A stretch of 64,000 nucleotides of DNA from the human T2T-CHM13v2.0 reference genome, Homo sapiens (GCF_009914755.1 NC_060938.1); one strand, 5' to 3'; shown: positions 35,790 to 49,885, numbered from the stretch's first letter. A program made the numbers and translations. Notes: a model not told the origin generated them from the letters alone.

Positions 35790-36775
35790 TGTTGCTTTGA
35801 GAAATATTGAAACACATAACTATGCCTGTTATTGTCAACACTGGGCTATATAGTTACTTAGAATGAGACGTAACATTGAATTATACTTTATATTCACTTA
35901 TCATGGCTATATTTCTCCTTCCATTTAGTGAAAGTACTGCCTATTTTCTTCAAATTTATGAATTGATTACATTGTGATAAATTACAAGAAAGATGACAGG
36001 TTATTTGATTTAGAATATGGATTTTTAATATTTAACATTATTTCTGTCAGATATTTTTCTGTGTTGGTAAAGTAATACCTGTCTCTAAATTAAAACATTT
36101 GTTATTCTTATTTCCTTTTTTCCTTATACTTCAGAAAGGAAAGCTGTAGTATTTTTCTGCAGAATACATCAGACACCTACCTGTTCAGTGTAAAATTATA
36201 GTTGCTTTTGTTGTTAAGACTAACAATAGCTAGTGGGAATGTAATTCAGGGAAATATAACACACATATTATTTTGCCTTTCAATTTCTAAATACAAAAAG
36301 TGTTCCATCAACCTACAAAATAAATAAACAGCTTCATAAATAAATTTTAAAAATTACGGGGACATATTTTAGCAATATTATTTTAGCTATTTGTCTAAGT
36401 TATGGCAAAACTATGAAAAACCAAGAGAAAAGTAAATGTTTTGTTGACAGGAAGAGATTTTAAAAAGCTGAGAGTGGTGCAAATTAAGAGGAATGAAATA
36501 GTTTTGGTAATTTTGAGTAAGTGATATAAACTAAGTGTATAATATTATTCCTAAATTACATTCCTACATATATAAATCAACATATACACAGAAAAAAATG
36601 AAAATTTAAATATATAAATATTTATGTTTCAAGTGAATGAGTTATTAAGTCATGTAAAATAAACATTTTTTGAATGAATAAACTATGGCATGCTTATATT
36701 TTATAAATTTTCAATGAAAGAAAACTAGTCTAAATTTAGGTTTGATTGAAAATGTCCTTAAATCTTAAATGAAAA

Positions 36776-36819
36776 TTTATTATCAGCTTTATGTTACTTT
36801 ATTATCAGCTTTATGTTAC
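36776..36819. repeat. 22-bp perfect tandem duplication
   Basis: tttattatcagctttatgttac x2. Confidence 0.93.
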
Positions 36820-37323
36820 CTGAGAGCAAATTACTTTCTCTAAATTACTGTTGTACTTGGTTTGGTTGTTGAAATATTTTTTCCCATGTAACTCTTTTTG
36901 ATACTTGTTTTCATCCGCCTATTTCTCCCTAACATCAACAAGAAATCTATATCTGAATTTTCTTTTACTGATCTTTTGTGTAGGTAAAAAAAAATTAAGT
37001 TGATAAAGTGTGATTGCATGGATACTGATTATATTTTTTGAATGAAGGACTTATATGTATGTATTCATAGGCACATGATATATGTATTTACATGTCTATT
37101 TGAAATTTTAAATAACTCCTCTAATTTTTCAAAATAACAAGTTTTTTTTCACCATTTAAGTTCTTTGCAATTTACACACTATTACACAACTTTTCAAGAT
37201 AGGAACTTTGGAGGAAATCTGACTGCAACATGTGTCCCTAAAGCAGGAATAAACAGTTTGTTCTCTGTGAAACCCATAGCATCAGCGTTATAGTTCAAAC
37301 TTGAAAATGTTAGTATTTTAATG

Positions 37324-37393
37324 ATATTTTGAATTTCATCAAGGCTACATACTTATTAATATTTTGAATTTCATCAAGGCTACATACTCATTA
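37324..37393. repeat. 35-bp tandem duplication, one mismatch
   Basis: atattttgaatttcatcaaggctacatact(t/c)atta x2. Confidence 0.93.
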
Positions 37394-37705
37394 AAGGTCT
37401 TTTTAAAGATAGACTATTTGAGAAATCATATTATAGAGAACTGTTAGAAGTCCCAGTGCTTTAATGTTAAATTGAAAGATTAGCATATGTAAAGTATATA
37501 AAGTTTAAACTTTTATTGATATTTTGCTCTATTCTCTATAGCAAAAATTTTGTCAGTTTTTTATGCATAATCGAACTATAAACATTAAAACTTAAAATTC
37601 TAACATTGTTTACATGAAAGCCAAGGCAGCAGCCTTTAGAGTGGACTTGACCACCATGTCAAGTATAGATTTGCTCAATGGTTTAAAGATATTCACTGAT
37701 GATCC

Positions 37706-40700
37706 TGTATTAGTCCATTCTCATGCTGCTAATAAAGATATACCCAATACAGTTTAATTTATAAAGAAAAGAGACTTAATTGACTTACAGTTTTGCATGG
37801 CTGAGGGGGCCTCAAGAAACTTACAATCATGGTGGAAGGGGAAGCAAACACGTCTTTCATCACATGGCAGCAGGAGAGAGAAGGATTAGCAAAGACGGGC
37901 GAAAGTCCCTTATAAAACCATCAGATCTTGTGAGAACTCACTCTTTATCATGAGAACAGCATGACAATAACTGCCCCCATGATTCAATTGCCTCCCACCA
38001 GGTCCCTCAAATGACACATGGGGATAATGAAAATTACAATTTAAAATGAGATTTGCGTAGACACACAGCCAAACCATATTATTCCCCCACTGGCCCCTCC
38101 CAAATCTCATGTCCTCACATTTCAAAACATAATCATGCCTTCCCAACAGTTCCCCAAAGTCTTAATTCATTCCAGTATTAAGCTAAAAGTGAAAGTCCAA
38201 AGTCTCATCTCAGACAAGGCAAGTCCCTTCTGCCTAATAGCCTGTAAAATCAAAAGCAAGTTAGTTACTTCTTAGATACAAAGAGGATACTGGCATTGAA
38301 TAAATATACTCTTTTCAAATGGGAGAAATTGAACAAAACAAATGGGCTACAGGTCTCATGCAAGTCCAAAATCCAAGAAGGTAGTCATTAAACCTCAAAG
38401 TTCCAATGTGATCTCCGTTTACTCCATGTCTCACATCCAGGTCATGCTGAAGCAAGAGGTGGAATCTCATGGCCTTGGGCAGCTGTGCCCCTCTGGCTTT
38501 GAAGAGTTAAGCCCCACCCCCACCCCCCTGCCCACCAGCTGTTTTCACAACTTGCATTGAGTTCAAACTCAACGTAGCTTTTCCAGATACATGGTGCAAG
38601 CTGTTGGTGCATCTACCATTCTGGGTTCTGGAGAAGGGTGGCTTTTTTCTCATAGCACAACTAGGTAGTGCCCTATTGGGACTCTCTATGGGGGCTCTGA
38701 CTCCACATTTTCTTTCTACACTGCCTGAGCAAAGGTTCTCCATGAGGGCTCTGCCCCTGCAGGAGACTTCTGCCTGGACATGCAGGCATTTGCATACATC
38801 CTCTGAAATCTAAGCAGAGGTTCCCAAACCTCAATTCTTGACTTCTTTGCAGCCACAGGCTTAACTTCATGTGGAAACTGCCAAGGCTTGGGGCTTGCAC
38901 CCTCTGAAGCCATGGCCTAAGTTGTACCTTGACCCTTTTCAGGTATCACTGGAGCAGCTAGGATGCAAGGCACAAAATCACAAGACTGCACAAAACAGTG
39001 GGACCCGGGGCCCAGCTCACAAAATCATGATTTCCTCCTAGGCCTCAGGGCCTGTAATGAGAGGGATTGCCATGTCAGAGGAAAGGTCTCTGACATGCCC
39101 TGGACACCATTGTCTTGATGATTAGCATTTGGTTTCTAGTTACTTATGCAAATGTGTGCAGCTGGCTTGACTATCTCCACCAACAAAAATGGGCTTTTCT
39201 TTTCTACTGTATCATCAGGCTGAAAGTTTTCCAAAATTTTATTCTCTGTCGTCTCTTGAATGCTTCACTGCTTATAAATTTTATCCACCATATACTCTAA
39301 ATCATCTCTCTCAGGTTCAAAGTTCCACAGATCTCTAGAGCAGGGGCAAAATGCTGCCAGTCTCCTTGCATAGCAAGAGTGACCTTTACTTCAGTTCCAG
39401 ACAAGTTCTTCATCTTCATCTGAGAACACTTCAGCCTGTACTTCATTGTTTATATCACTATCAGCAATTTGGTCAAAGCCATTCAACAAGTCTCTGGGAA
39501 GTTCCAAACCTTCCCACATCTTTCTGTCTTCTGAGCCCTGCAAGTCTCCGGGAAGCTACAAAATTTCCCACATTTTTCTCTCTTCTTCTGAGCCCTCCAA
39601 ACTGTTCAAACTTCTGCCTTTTACCCAGTTTCAAAGTCGCTTCTACATTTTCTGGTATCCTTACAGCAGCACCTCACTTTACCATTACCAATTTACTGTA
39701 TTGGTCCATTCTCATGCTGCTAGTAAAGAAAAACCCAAGATGGAGTAATTTATAAAGAAGAGGTTTAATTGCCTCACAGTTCCATATGGCTGGTGATATG
39801 GTTTGGCTCTGTGCCCCATCCAAATCTCATCTTTAATTGTACTCTTATTATTACCACATGTTGTGAGAAGGACCCACTGGGGGATAATTTGAATCATGGG
39901 AGAAGTTTCCCCCATACTGTTCTCCTCATAGTGAATACGTCTCAAGAGATCTGATGGTTTTATCAGGGGTTTCCACTTTTGCATCTTCCTCATTTTTTCT
40001 TGCTGCCACCATGTAAGAAGTGCCTTTCACCTCCCGTAAAGATTCTGAAGCCTCCCTAGCCATGTGGAACTGTAAGTCCAATTAAACTTGTTTTCTTCCC
40101 AGTCTCTGGTATGTTTTTATCAGCAGCATGAAAACAGTCTAATACAGTAAATTGATACTAGGAGTAGGGTGTTGCCCAAAAGATATCTGAAAATGTGGAA
40201 GCCACTTTGCAACGGGGTAATAGGTAGAGGCTGGAACAGTTTGGAGGGCTCAAGAGAAGACAGAAAAATATAGGAAAGTTTGGAACTTCCTAGAGGCTTA
40301 TTAAATGGTTTTGACAAAAATGCTGATAATGATATGATATGGACAATGAAATGCAGGCTGAGGTGGTCTCAGATGGAGATGAGAAACTTCTTGGGAACTA
40401 GAGCGAAGGTGACTCTTGTTACATTTAGCACAGAGACTGATGGCATTTTGCCCCTGCCCTAGAGATTTGTGAATCTATGATCTTGAGAGAGATGATTTAA
40501 GGTAACTGGCAGAATAAATTTCTAACCAGCAAAGTATTCAAGATGTGACTTGGGTTCTGTTAAAGGCATTCAGTTTTAAAAGGAAAGCAGAGCATAAAAG
40601 TTCAGAAAATTTGCAGCCTGATAATGCAATAGAAAAGAAAATCTCATTTTCTGAGGAGAAATTTAAGCCAACTGCAGATATTTGCATAAGTAATGAGGAG

Positions 40701-42225
40701 CTGAATGTTAATCCCAAAGAAAATGGAAAATATCTTCAGGACATGTCAGAGAACTTTGTGCCAGCTGCTCCCATCACAGACCCGTAGATCTAGGAGGAAA
40801 AAAATGGTTTTGTGACAGGGCCCAGGGTCCCCATACTGTGTGCAGTCTAGGGACTTGGTGCCCTGTGTCTCAGCCACTCCAGCCATGGCTGAAAGGGGCC
40901 AATGTAGAGCTCAGGCTGTGGGTTCAGAGGGTGCAAGAACCAAGCCTTGGCAGCTTCCATGTGGGGTTGAGCCTGCAGGTGCACAGAAGTCAAGAATTGG
41001 AGTTTGGGAACCTCCGCCTAGATTTTAGACGATGTATGGAAACACTTGGCTACCCAGGCAGAAGTTTGTTGCAGGGGCAGAGCTCTCATGGAAAACCTCT
41101 GCTAGGGCAGTGCAGAAGGGAAATGTGGGCTTGGAGCACCCATACAGAGCCCCTACTGGGACACTGCCTAGTGGAGCTGTGAGAAGAGGGCCACAGTCCT
41201 CCAGACTCCAGAATGGTGGATCCAACTACAGGTTGTACTGTGTGCCTGAAAAAGCAAGACACTCAATGCCAGCCCAAGAAAGCAGCCTGGAGGCAGGTTA
41301 TACCTTGAAAAGCCACAGGGGCAGAGCTGCCCAAGACCATGGGAACACACCCCTCGCAACAGTGTGACCTGAATGTGAGACCTGGAGTCAAAGGAGATCA
41401 TTTCAGAACTTTAAAATTTGACTACCTCACTGGATTTCTGACTCGCATGGACCCTGTAACTCCTTTGTTTTGGCCAACGTCTCGCATTTGGAATGGCTGT
41501 GTTTACCCAATACCTGTACCTCCATTGCATCTAGGAAGTAACCAGCCTGCTGTTGATTTTACAGGCTCATAGTCAGAAGGGACTTGCCTTGTCTCAGATG
41601 AGACTTTTAACTGTAAACTTTTGGGTTAATGCTGAAATAAGTTAAGACTTTGGGGGACTGTTGGGAAGGCATTATTGGTTTTGAAATGTGAGGACATGAG
41701 ATTTGGAGGGGTCTGGGCGGGATGATATGGTTTGGCTCTGTGTGCCAACCCAAATCTCATCTTGAATGGTACTCCCATAATTCTCATGTGTTGTGGGAGG
41801 GAGCCAGTGGGAGATTATTCAAATCATGGGGTCAGTTTCTCTCATAATGTTCTCATGGTAGGTAATAAGTCTCACCAGATCTGATGGTTTTATCAGAAGT
41901 TTCTGTTTTTGCATCTTCCTCATTTTCCCTTTCTGCCACCATGTAAAAAGTGTCTTTCACTTCCCACCATGATTCAGAGGCCTCCCCAGCCACGTGAAAT
42001 TGTAAGTCCAATTAAAACTTTTTTCTCCCCAGTCTTGGGTATGTCTTTATCAACACTGTGAAAATGAACTAATACAGCTGGAGAGGCCTCAGAAAACTTA
42101 CAATCACGTTGGAGGGGCAGCAAACATGTCCTTCTTCCCATGGAGGCAGGAAAGAGAAAGATGAGTGAAGGCCAGGGTAAATCCCCTTATGAGATTTGGG
42201 TGGGGACACAGACAAACACATATCA
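37706..42225 (-). mobile_element. Full THE1 (C/D-like) MaLR element: LTR 37706-38081, internal 38082-39696, second LTR split into 39697-39793 and 42082-42225
   Basis: Two tgtatt(a/g)gtccattctcatgctgcta LTR starts; THE1 internal sequence; TSD gatcc (37701-37705) / gttcc (42226-42230). Confidence 0.93.
39794..42076 (+). mobile_element. Full THE1 (A/B-like) element nested in the host LTR: LTR 39794-40146, internal 40147-41722, LTR 41723-42076
   Basis: Both LTRs read tgatatggtttggc...ctaataca; perfect 5-bp TSD gctgg at 39789-39793 and 42077-42081. Confidence 0.95.
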
Positions 42226-42726
42226 GTTCCTATTTCTAAAGAGAATGCTATAATTTTTTTTTTCATAATTCATCATGACTAGCCAGTGAAGCCCCTAGAT
42301 CAAGCAATCTTTTTGATCAAGTTTGTAACATGCCACAAAGGAGCCAAACACATTTGGGCTATAGCTCATGACCCCTTCTGATTTCAGTATCACTCTTTGG
42401 ATGTGATTTCATTCTGCTGGCCCATGTGGCAGCTGTGATATTCATCATCACAAAATGTTGTCTGTTTCATTTCTGAAAGTTTTATAAAATAGGAAAGAAG
42501 ACAAAAAGAGATTAGTCGTACTGAGGGCCTGATGCTGAGGGGCCTTCCAAATGGGAATCTTCCAGTTTATTCCAGTATGAAGAGGTTGAGATGAAGCATT
42601 CCCTTCCTCCTGGGACAAAACATCTTTTCAAAACTTACCTTATTAAGTCAAAGTTTGTTTTCCTGAAATTTAGTGCTCATTTAAAAGTTAGAAATATTCT
42701 ATGTCAAACAAAGATTTTAAAGCTAG

Positions 42727-42990
42727 GGCCAGGCGCAGTGGCTCACACCTGTATCCCAGCACTTTGGGAGGCCAATGTAGGTGAATCACCTGAGGTCAGG
42801 AGTTTGAGAACAGCCTGGCCAATCTGGCAAAACCCTGTCTCTACTGAAAATACAAAAAAATTAGCCAGGTGTGGTGACTCATGCCTGTAGTTCCCGCTGC
42901 TTGGGATGTCGCACCAGAATCGCTTGAACCAGGGAGCCAGAGGTTGTGCCACTGCACTCCAGCCTGGGCAATAAAGCGAGTCTCCATCTC

Positions 42991-43021
<31 letters not shown>

Positions 43022-43040
43022 AAAGAAAAAAAAAGAAAAA
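42727..43040 (+). mobile_element. AluS with a long A tail and a small right-arm deletion
   Basis: Alu dimer; A-tract from 42991; flanks attttaaagctag / attttcaagctag. Confidence 0.94.
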
Positions 43041-43582
43041 ATTTATTTTCAAGCTAGGAAAAATAAAAATAATATGTACCCTCCCGCCAAATTAAAATTC
43101 TGTTAAATGTGCTAAAACTACATATATAATTTTAACTGATAAATTATATCACATTTATTCCTGTCACTTATACAATTTTCAGGAAAAAAATGATTTTTTA
43201 CATAAGACATTATGTAACTGTATATACTGAATAGTTATGTTGAAATTACCTTTTGACATATGATGTCTACATATTCATTATATTTTTTAATCAATATAAC
43301 ATTCAAAGTTAACCTCAGGGAAAAAAATGATAAACATAATAATAACACATAATAAATCAATAACACAATAAATCAGTGACAGATTTGAAACAATAAAAAC
43401 AAATCAGTATACTTCATATATACTTAGATTCTTTTCCAATAAGCAATATCTTCATAATGACACTAAATCAATAGTTAGCAAATAGATAACTTTGTGCCAC
43501 CTGAATATCAAATTAGGTAGAGTATGATGAAAGTAAGTTTCCAATTATATATTAGATAGACATGGTGGAGTTAAGGTTATTT

Positions 43583-44400
43583 TGTGGGACCAGAGACCCT
43601 CCATATGAATATGTTCACTGCAGAGGCCAGCGATCACTTCTGCTGTGAGAAAAGTGTATCATGTGTTTGTACATTGTGTGTGCAGAGGTCTTGGGTATTT
43701 TTGCTCAAGACTACGTTTTCAAGTAAGGTAGGAGGCAAGACTCAACACCATAGGTGGGGTTTGTACTTGACCAACTTGAAGTCTAGCTGAAACAGAGAAG
43801 TGGCAAACACACCTTCTCGATAAGACATGTCAACCAGTGCCATGTCAGTTCATCATTTTCATGGTAACACCTGGAGGTTAGTGCCCCTTTCTGTGAAAAT
43901 GACCCAATGATCTAGAAGTTACCATTTTTTTCTATCCTATCTAATCTTCCTCTTAATTTTCATGTAATTAAAAGTGGATATGAATATGACTGCAAAATTG
44001 CCCCTGAGCTGCTACTCTGGGCACACTGCCTATAGAGTAGCCCTGATCTGCAAAACAAAGTACCTCTGCTACTTCTGTACACTACTGTTTCAATAAAAAT
44101 TTCTGTCTCACACTACCAGCCCACCCTTGATTATTTTCTGGGCAGAGCCAAGAAACCTCCTGTGCTAAGCCCCAGTTTTTGGGCTTGTCTTCCCAGCATC
44201 ACAAGGATCCTTATATTCAAAAATGCCTAGGCATATAGAAAGATGTTGTCCCTCTAGAATAAAGGAAGAAATTATTTGCTTGTGTCCAATATAAAAGGGT
44301 GAGTTTCTTAAAGTTAGGGTTCCTCAGTGTGACGCAAGTCCACTGTGCATACAGCACCTACTTTAGCCTCTTGCTTCACCACTGTGGTAGCCAAGGAGGA
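43583..44400 (+). mobile_element. Ancient ERVL-class LTR (MER74/MER54-like) interrupted by a MER41-like LTR
   Basis: Segments 43583-43723 and 44206-44400 (tataaaag...agggttcctcagtgtgacgcaagtccactgtgc) resemble this group. Recalled, not verified. Confidence 0.55.
43724..44201 (+). mobile_element. Solo MER41-group (C/D-like) ERV1 LTR
   Basis: 4-bp TSD caag at 43720-43723 and 44202-44205; ends ctaagccccagtttttgggcttgtcttcccagcatca; internal AATAAA near 44092. Confidence 0.85.
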
Positions 44401-44402
44401 GA

Positions 44403-44476
44403 TATATTAGTTTTCTAATGCTACACAAAAAATTACCACAAACTTAGTACTTAAGACAACATGAATGTGTTACATT
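44403..44476. mobile_element. MLT1 LTR terminal fragment
   Basis: tatattagttttctaatgct...aaattaccacaaacttagtacttaagacaaca. Confidence 0.65.
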
Positions 44477-44959
44477 ACTGTATTATTTTAAGTTGATTGT
44501 TTGTTACTGCTTAAGCTAGTGGTGATGGTAAGAATTGCTTCTTTGGGCCTAGTCAAAAATCACATAAATAGGAATGACAGGATTCCAGAAAAGCAGAGGT
44601 TAGACGGTAATAGTTAACCTTCAGGGGCAAGACAAATGTAATAATCATCAGTAGATAGCTCAGCTTTCAGAACCCTCGTGTTGTTTTTCTAACATGAAAT
44701 GAGAATTATTTTTACAGAAAAGCACAAATATAAGCCCCTGAATGTGCCTTCCTGCCTCAGCCAAGATAGCACATTAGATGTATTACTGAATCCAATTAGA
44801 AAATATAGACACTGGCAAATCCACCTAAACCTCCAATGTAGATTTTCTAACATATAACCATTTAAATCACTTGCCTGGATTCTGAAAAACTGGATGAAAT
44901 ATGGAGAATGATGACCAACTACCAAAACTTATATAACAGCATCAGTTGCTGTTGTGTTG

Positions 44960-45016
44960 GGCAAATGTCACTGCCACTTTATATGTGGCAAATGTCACTG
45001 CCACTATATATGTGGC
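44960..45016. repeat. 27-bp tandem duplication
   Basis: ggcaaatgtcactgccact(t/a)tatatgt x2. Confidence 0.92.
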
Positions 45017-45075
45017 TAATAAACAGGAAAATGGGTTTTTTTTTATTATGCCCATAAATAAAGATAATAAAACCA

Positions 45076-45077
<2 letters not shown>

Positions 45078-45111
<34 letters not shown>

Positions 45112-45354
45112 AGAGAGAGAGCGTCTTACCATATCCAAGGTTGGAGTGCAACAGTGAGATTACTGCCCCCTGCTGCCTTGACATCCTGGGCTCAGGTGAT
45201 TCTCCTGCCCCATCTCTCAACTATAGGTGTGGACCACCACACCCAGCTAACTATTTTTGTGTGTTTTTTAGTAGAGACAGGGTTTCACCATGTTGCTCAG
45301 ACTGGTCTCAAATTGCTGGGATTGATTACAGGAGTGAGCCACCATCACCGCCCG
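45078..45354 (-). mobile_element. AluJ-like element with internal deletions and a long T tract
   Basis: Antisense Alu arms; flanks aaaccagt on both sides. Confidence 0.9.
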
Positions 45355-45429
45355 TAAACCAGTTATTTTTATAATGAGATATACAGCAACACACATTCAT
45401 TGCCTTATTAAGAATTATTAACATTTCTC

Positions 45430-45856
<427 letters not shown>

Positions 45857-45879
45857 TCAATAAGGAGGAAGCAGTAACT

Positions 45880-48050
45880 ACTGTGTATGTTCTAGAAAAA
45901 CACATATAGACCAAATGGTTGAGAATAAACTCCATGCAGATTTGTAGACTGACAGACCTGCCACCTCAATGAAATGATGATGGACTCAATAGCCTGAGTC
46001 CTGCCAGGATTTCTGCTTTTAGTGAAAGGCACATTGCTGCACCCCCTTTCACAATCTAAGTGGTATAACCCTTGTTGAGACTTTTTGGATTTGGGCAAAC
46101 AACATATATCACAGATAGAAATATTCTTCTGATTAATTTGTCACGTGACTTAGAGGAATGCAAAATTTCTAGTGAATCTAGAGCAAGGATAATGGGGCAT
46201 ATGTCTTGCCACATCAGTCATATCACAAAACAGGTCCAATGGTGCTAAAGAAATCTGTAGTGAAAAAGAATGCTGTGTAGTGTTCAAAGTCAACTCCAAC
46301 AGAAGAATGCTTAAAATCCAAAAGCAGAAATATACCTACTGTACAATAGTACTGTTCATTTGGAAAAAAAAAAAAAAACGGTTTCTGATATGTTATTGAG
46401 CCCTAACAAAGTCTGGATGCTGAAAATGGGACATCAAATTAATTTGTGAATGGAATGCTTCCTAACTAGATTGATATTATCAGAGTCACTGAGGCATACA
46501 TTCACAGAAGTGCAACGGCAATATATCATACCCCAAAAACTGTACATTTGAGGTGAGGCCCATATGTACAATTTTCACACCTGTTTCCTGTATTACACCC
46601 ATGTCTTTTTCTTAAATTTCACATGGGGCCTAAAGTAGAAGAAAAGTAGTCTTCTCTTTAACTGCCAGAGGAAGAAAAAGAGTTCAGTTAACAGAAGGGT
46701 TGTGCCACTATGATATATTAAGTGAAAATTGAAGATGACCTGCTGCACTAAAAACCAACTCAGAGGTGGCTCAGAAATATGTTGGTGAAATATAAATTCA
46801 CCTAGTGGCAGAAATATGAGCAGAAAACTTGTTCAATCACTTTTTGTGGAGGGTGAAATGGTCTGAGGCAAGGATGTTCATAGGGTGTTATTGTAGGAAA
46901 TGGATGGTTGGTTAGTTAAGGGTCTGAAAGCAGCAAATTTAGAAGACTAAATGCAAGAATGTTTTGGGGAAAAGGCTGTGAATAAAACTCTATATGTAGA
47001 TATAAAGTGAGAAATATTTGTGTTTTTTATTTATGTCCATTACAGTGCATCACCACAAACGATGTTCTTATGTATATGGACAAGATCACTTTTCCTAGGA
47101 ATGTAAGTCAGTTCCTCTTGGCTACTTTAGTGCTGGTGCAATAATTCATGTCACGAAAAAATGCCTGCCTTCCCACCATGAGAGCTCTAAACACATTGCT
47201 GCTGACCAAGAGATGTATTTGGCAAAAGGAGGTATAACAATGACTCATGACAAGGGATCAAGTTTTTCTAGTCTAGTCATCACCATCCAGAAGCAATAGT
47301 CTTATTAAAACAATAGAGTGTACTATTACATACTTCAATATGGCACTAGCTTAGATAAATCTCCCTGATGTGTGGGAGTGATATCCTTGAAGAACCACTA
47401 TTTACACTTCTCCAGTATCCAATATATGATGTTCTATTAACATGGAATCCAAGGATAGTATGTGTGGTGTTTCTAACAGTAACATATAAACCAATCATTT
47501 AGTGAAGCCATTGGGGAATTTTTGTTTTAAAACCATAAATCCTTAGGCTTTGCTGAGTCAGATGTCTGGGATTCTGTTCCTAGTGGTGGGAGCTGGTGAA
47601 AATGCTTCCACCAGGGGAGCACAGGGAGACATTGTAGTTATTACTACCGTATTATCAGTTTGGACTCCTTTTGTGGAACAGCAGGCAGTTAATTTACTTG
47701 CTAGGATTTTTAGCTCTAATTACCACAAGAAGCTAGGTGTGCTGCTACATTATGAGTGCAGGAAAATATAAGTATGGAACTCATAGGACTCATTGGGTAT
47801 CACTTTTTTCTTCCAAGCCCAGCAATAGTGGCAAAGGTGCAATTGTAACCACCATGGCCTATTGAGAGCAAAACAACTAGGGGTTTTGACTTTTTCACGA
47901 TGAAGTATGTGATCAACCAAACTAGCGCTTCTGAAATAATAGCCAAAGTCGAGGATAATCTATAATTGGTAGTAGAGAAGAGAAAAAAAAATATCAGCTT
48001 TGGAAAAATTTGCAGCAATAAAGAATGTAGTCTTTCCAACAACATTTTCA
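45880..48050 (+). mobile_element. Very degraded ERVL-type internal region (RT thumb, RNase H, integrase and dUTPase-like remnants)
   Basis: Degenerate motifs in the expected order: LFGF..QHI (~46080), PMVL..SV (~46236), CY*AL (~46391), HHPEA (47281), MLPPG (~47602). No open frame. Confidence 0.65.
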
Positions 48051-49504
48051 AATTATGTCTTAGGTAGGTAGTGCAACCAGCCACTACCTTACAGGCTTTT
48101 CTTCCTAAACTACTCTAATATTTACTATAATGTTAGTGTCTTTCTGGTCTAAATAATTTTTTTTTGTATTTATTTGGTGGTTGTTGTTATTTTGGTGGCT
48201 GGAACTCAAATTTAACGCTAGAAAACTAACTTTATATGTAAAATAAATCGATTCAGTAAAATTGTATTAAGTGACGGAGAAGACTGATGGGGCTAGAACT
48301 CTAGGGAATATCATGTTTAAGGTTTCTGTAGAATATGAAGTCTCTAAAAAGAGTAAATTTGCTGGACCAGAAGGCAGCAAAAAACTAATGAAGTTGAAGG
48401 AGTTAAAACAAAATAAAATTTCAAATAGGAAGAAGTGGTCAATAATGTCAGCTGTTATGAAGAACCAAGCCAGAAAATCCAATAGTCTTTAAACAAATTC
48501 TAGCAATTACTAGATATTAGAGTAGCTTTCTGTATTATTAAAATTGAATAATATCTTCTTCCCCTAAATCTGTTTTCTCTATTTTCTCCTTTAGCTATAT
48601 TTTCATTTTTGCAATTTTCATTTTTATACCAATATTTTCAAGTGGTTTGTATTTCCAATGTATTTTTCTATCCATTCTGAGAAATGTTTATGCTTATTTA
48701 AAATTTTTGGTTTTGATATTCCATTAATCCATTTCAAACAATTAGAACAATGAAAATATATGAAAAATACATATTAGCATACAAGGAGATGTATTAATAT
48801 CAATATAATAAGGCTTCGAAGTAAAAGGGAAAGAAACACTAAAATGAAAAGAAGTATTTTTGAAGAAATAATTAATGAATTCTCTCATCTTCAGGTAAGA
48901 TGAGAGACTTCTGACTTACTGTCTTCATATAGTAAAAAAAACACAATATTAAAAATATTATAAATAATCACATAGTAGTGGATTTTAAGAACACATTACA
49001 ACTCGACTAAAGTACTCATATTCTTTACATACAAAAAGATACACAAAAAGTTGTATTTATATACTAGCAACTAACAACAAAAATTGCATCTATACACATG
49101 AAGTATTCAGGGATAAGTTTAACAATATATTGGAGAAATCAGGATCTGAAACAAAAATAAAAATTATGTTTGAATTTTCAAGTCCAGTGATAAGCAATTA
49201 CAAAGACCACCTGGCAGGCCTCACAGAAGGACCTGCCCTTTCCACACCAGACCTGGTGAATAGTCAAGGCACTGCATTCTCTGAATGGACTACAGTAAAG
49301 GGCCTGGGTCTCCCGGCTTGCTATGTTCTTACATATAGCTGCATTTCTTGGCCAGGTGCCTCCATTTGGAGGTATTTTTATTAGGAAAACTTGAAGATGT
49401 TTTTCTGCACTCAGACTCAGTACTTATAACTTGTCAACTCTTCGTCCTTTCCCTTTCCCTTTCCTCAGCATTTGGGTTACAAAACTGGAGGGGTCTTTTT
49501 AAAA

Positions 49505-49854
49505 AATAAAATAAAAATAAATTTAGTGGGTACAAGTACAATTTTGTTCCATGAATATATTACATAATGGTGAAGTCTGGGCTTTCACTATAATCATCAC
49601 ACAAATAATGTATATTCTACCCATTAAGCAATTTATCATCCCTTACCCACCTCCAGCCTTTCCAAGTCTCCAATGTTTATTATGACACACACTACATTCA
49701 TATGCACATGTTATTTAGCCTTCACTTATGAGTGACAACACTCACTTCATTTGACTTTCTATTTCTGAGTTATTTTACTTGAGACAACAGCCTTCAGTTC
49801 CATCCATGTTGCTGCAAAACATATAAATTCAGTCTTTTTTGTGGCTAAGTAGTA

Positions 49855-49885
<31 letters not shown>

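Noticed and set aside
35742-37393. Spaced 22-35-bp repeats as a CRISPR-like array
   Set aside because: Each is a different adjacent doublet with no shared repeat, no spacers and no cas genes, in primate DNA.
38342-41572. Dense overlapping ORFs of 60-134 aa
   Set aside because: Fragments and antisense frames of THE1 internal sequence, broken by stops.
49180-49500. GC-richer LTR-like segment
   Set aside because: No termini, TSD or family motif that I could identify.
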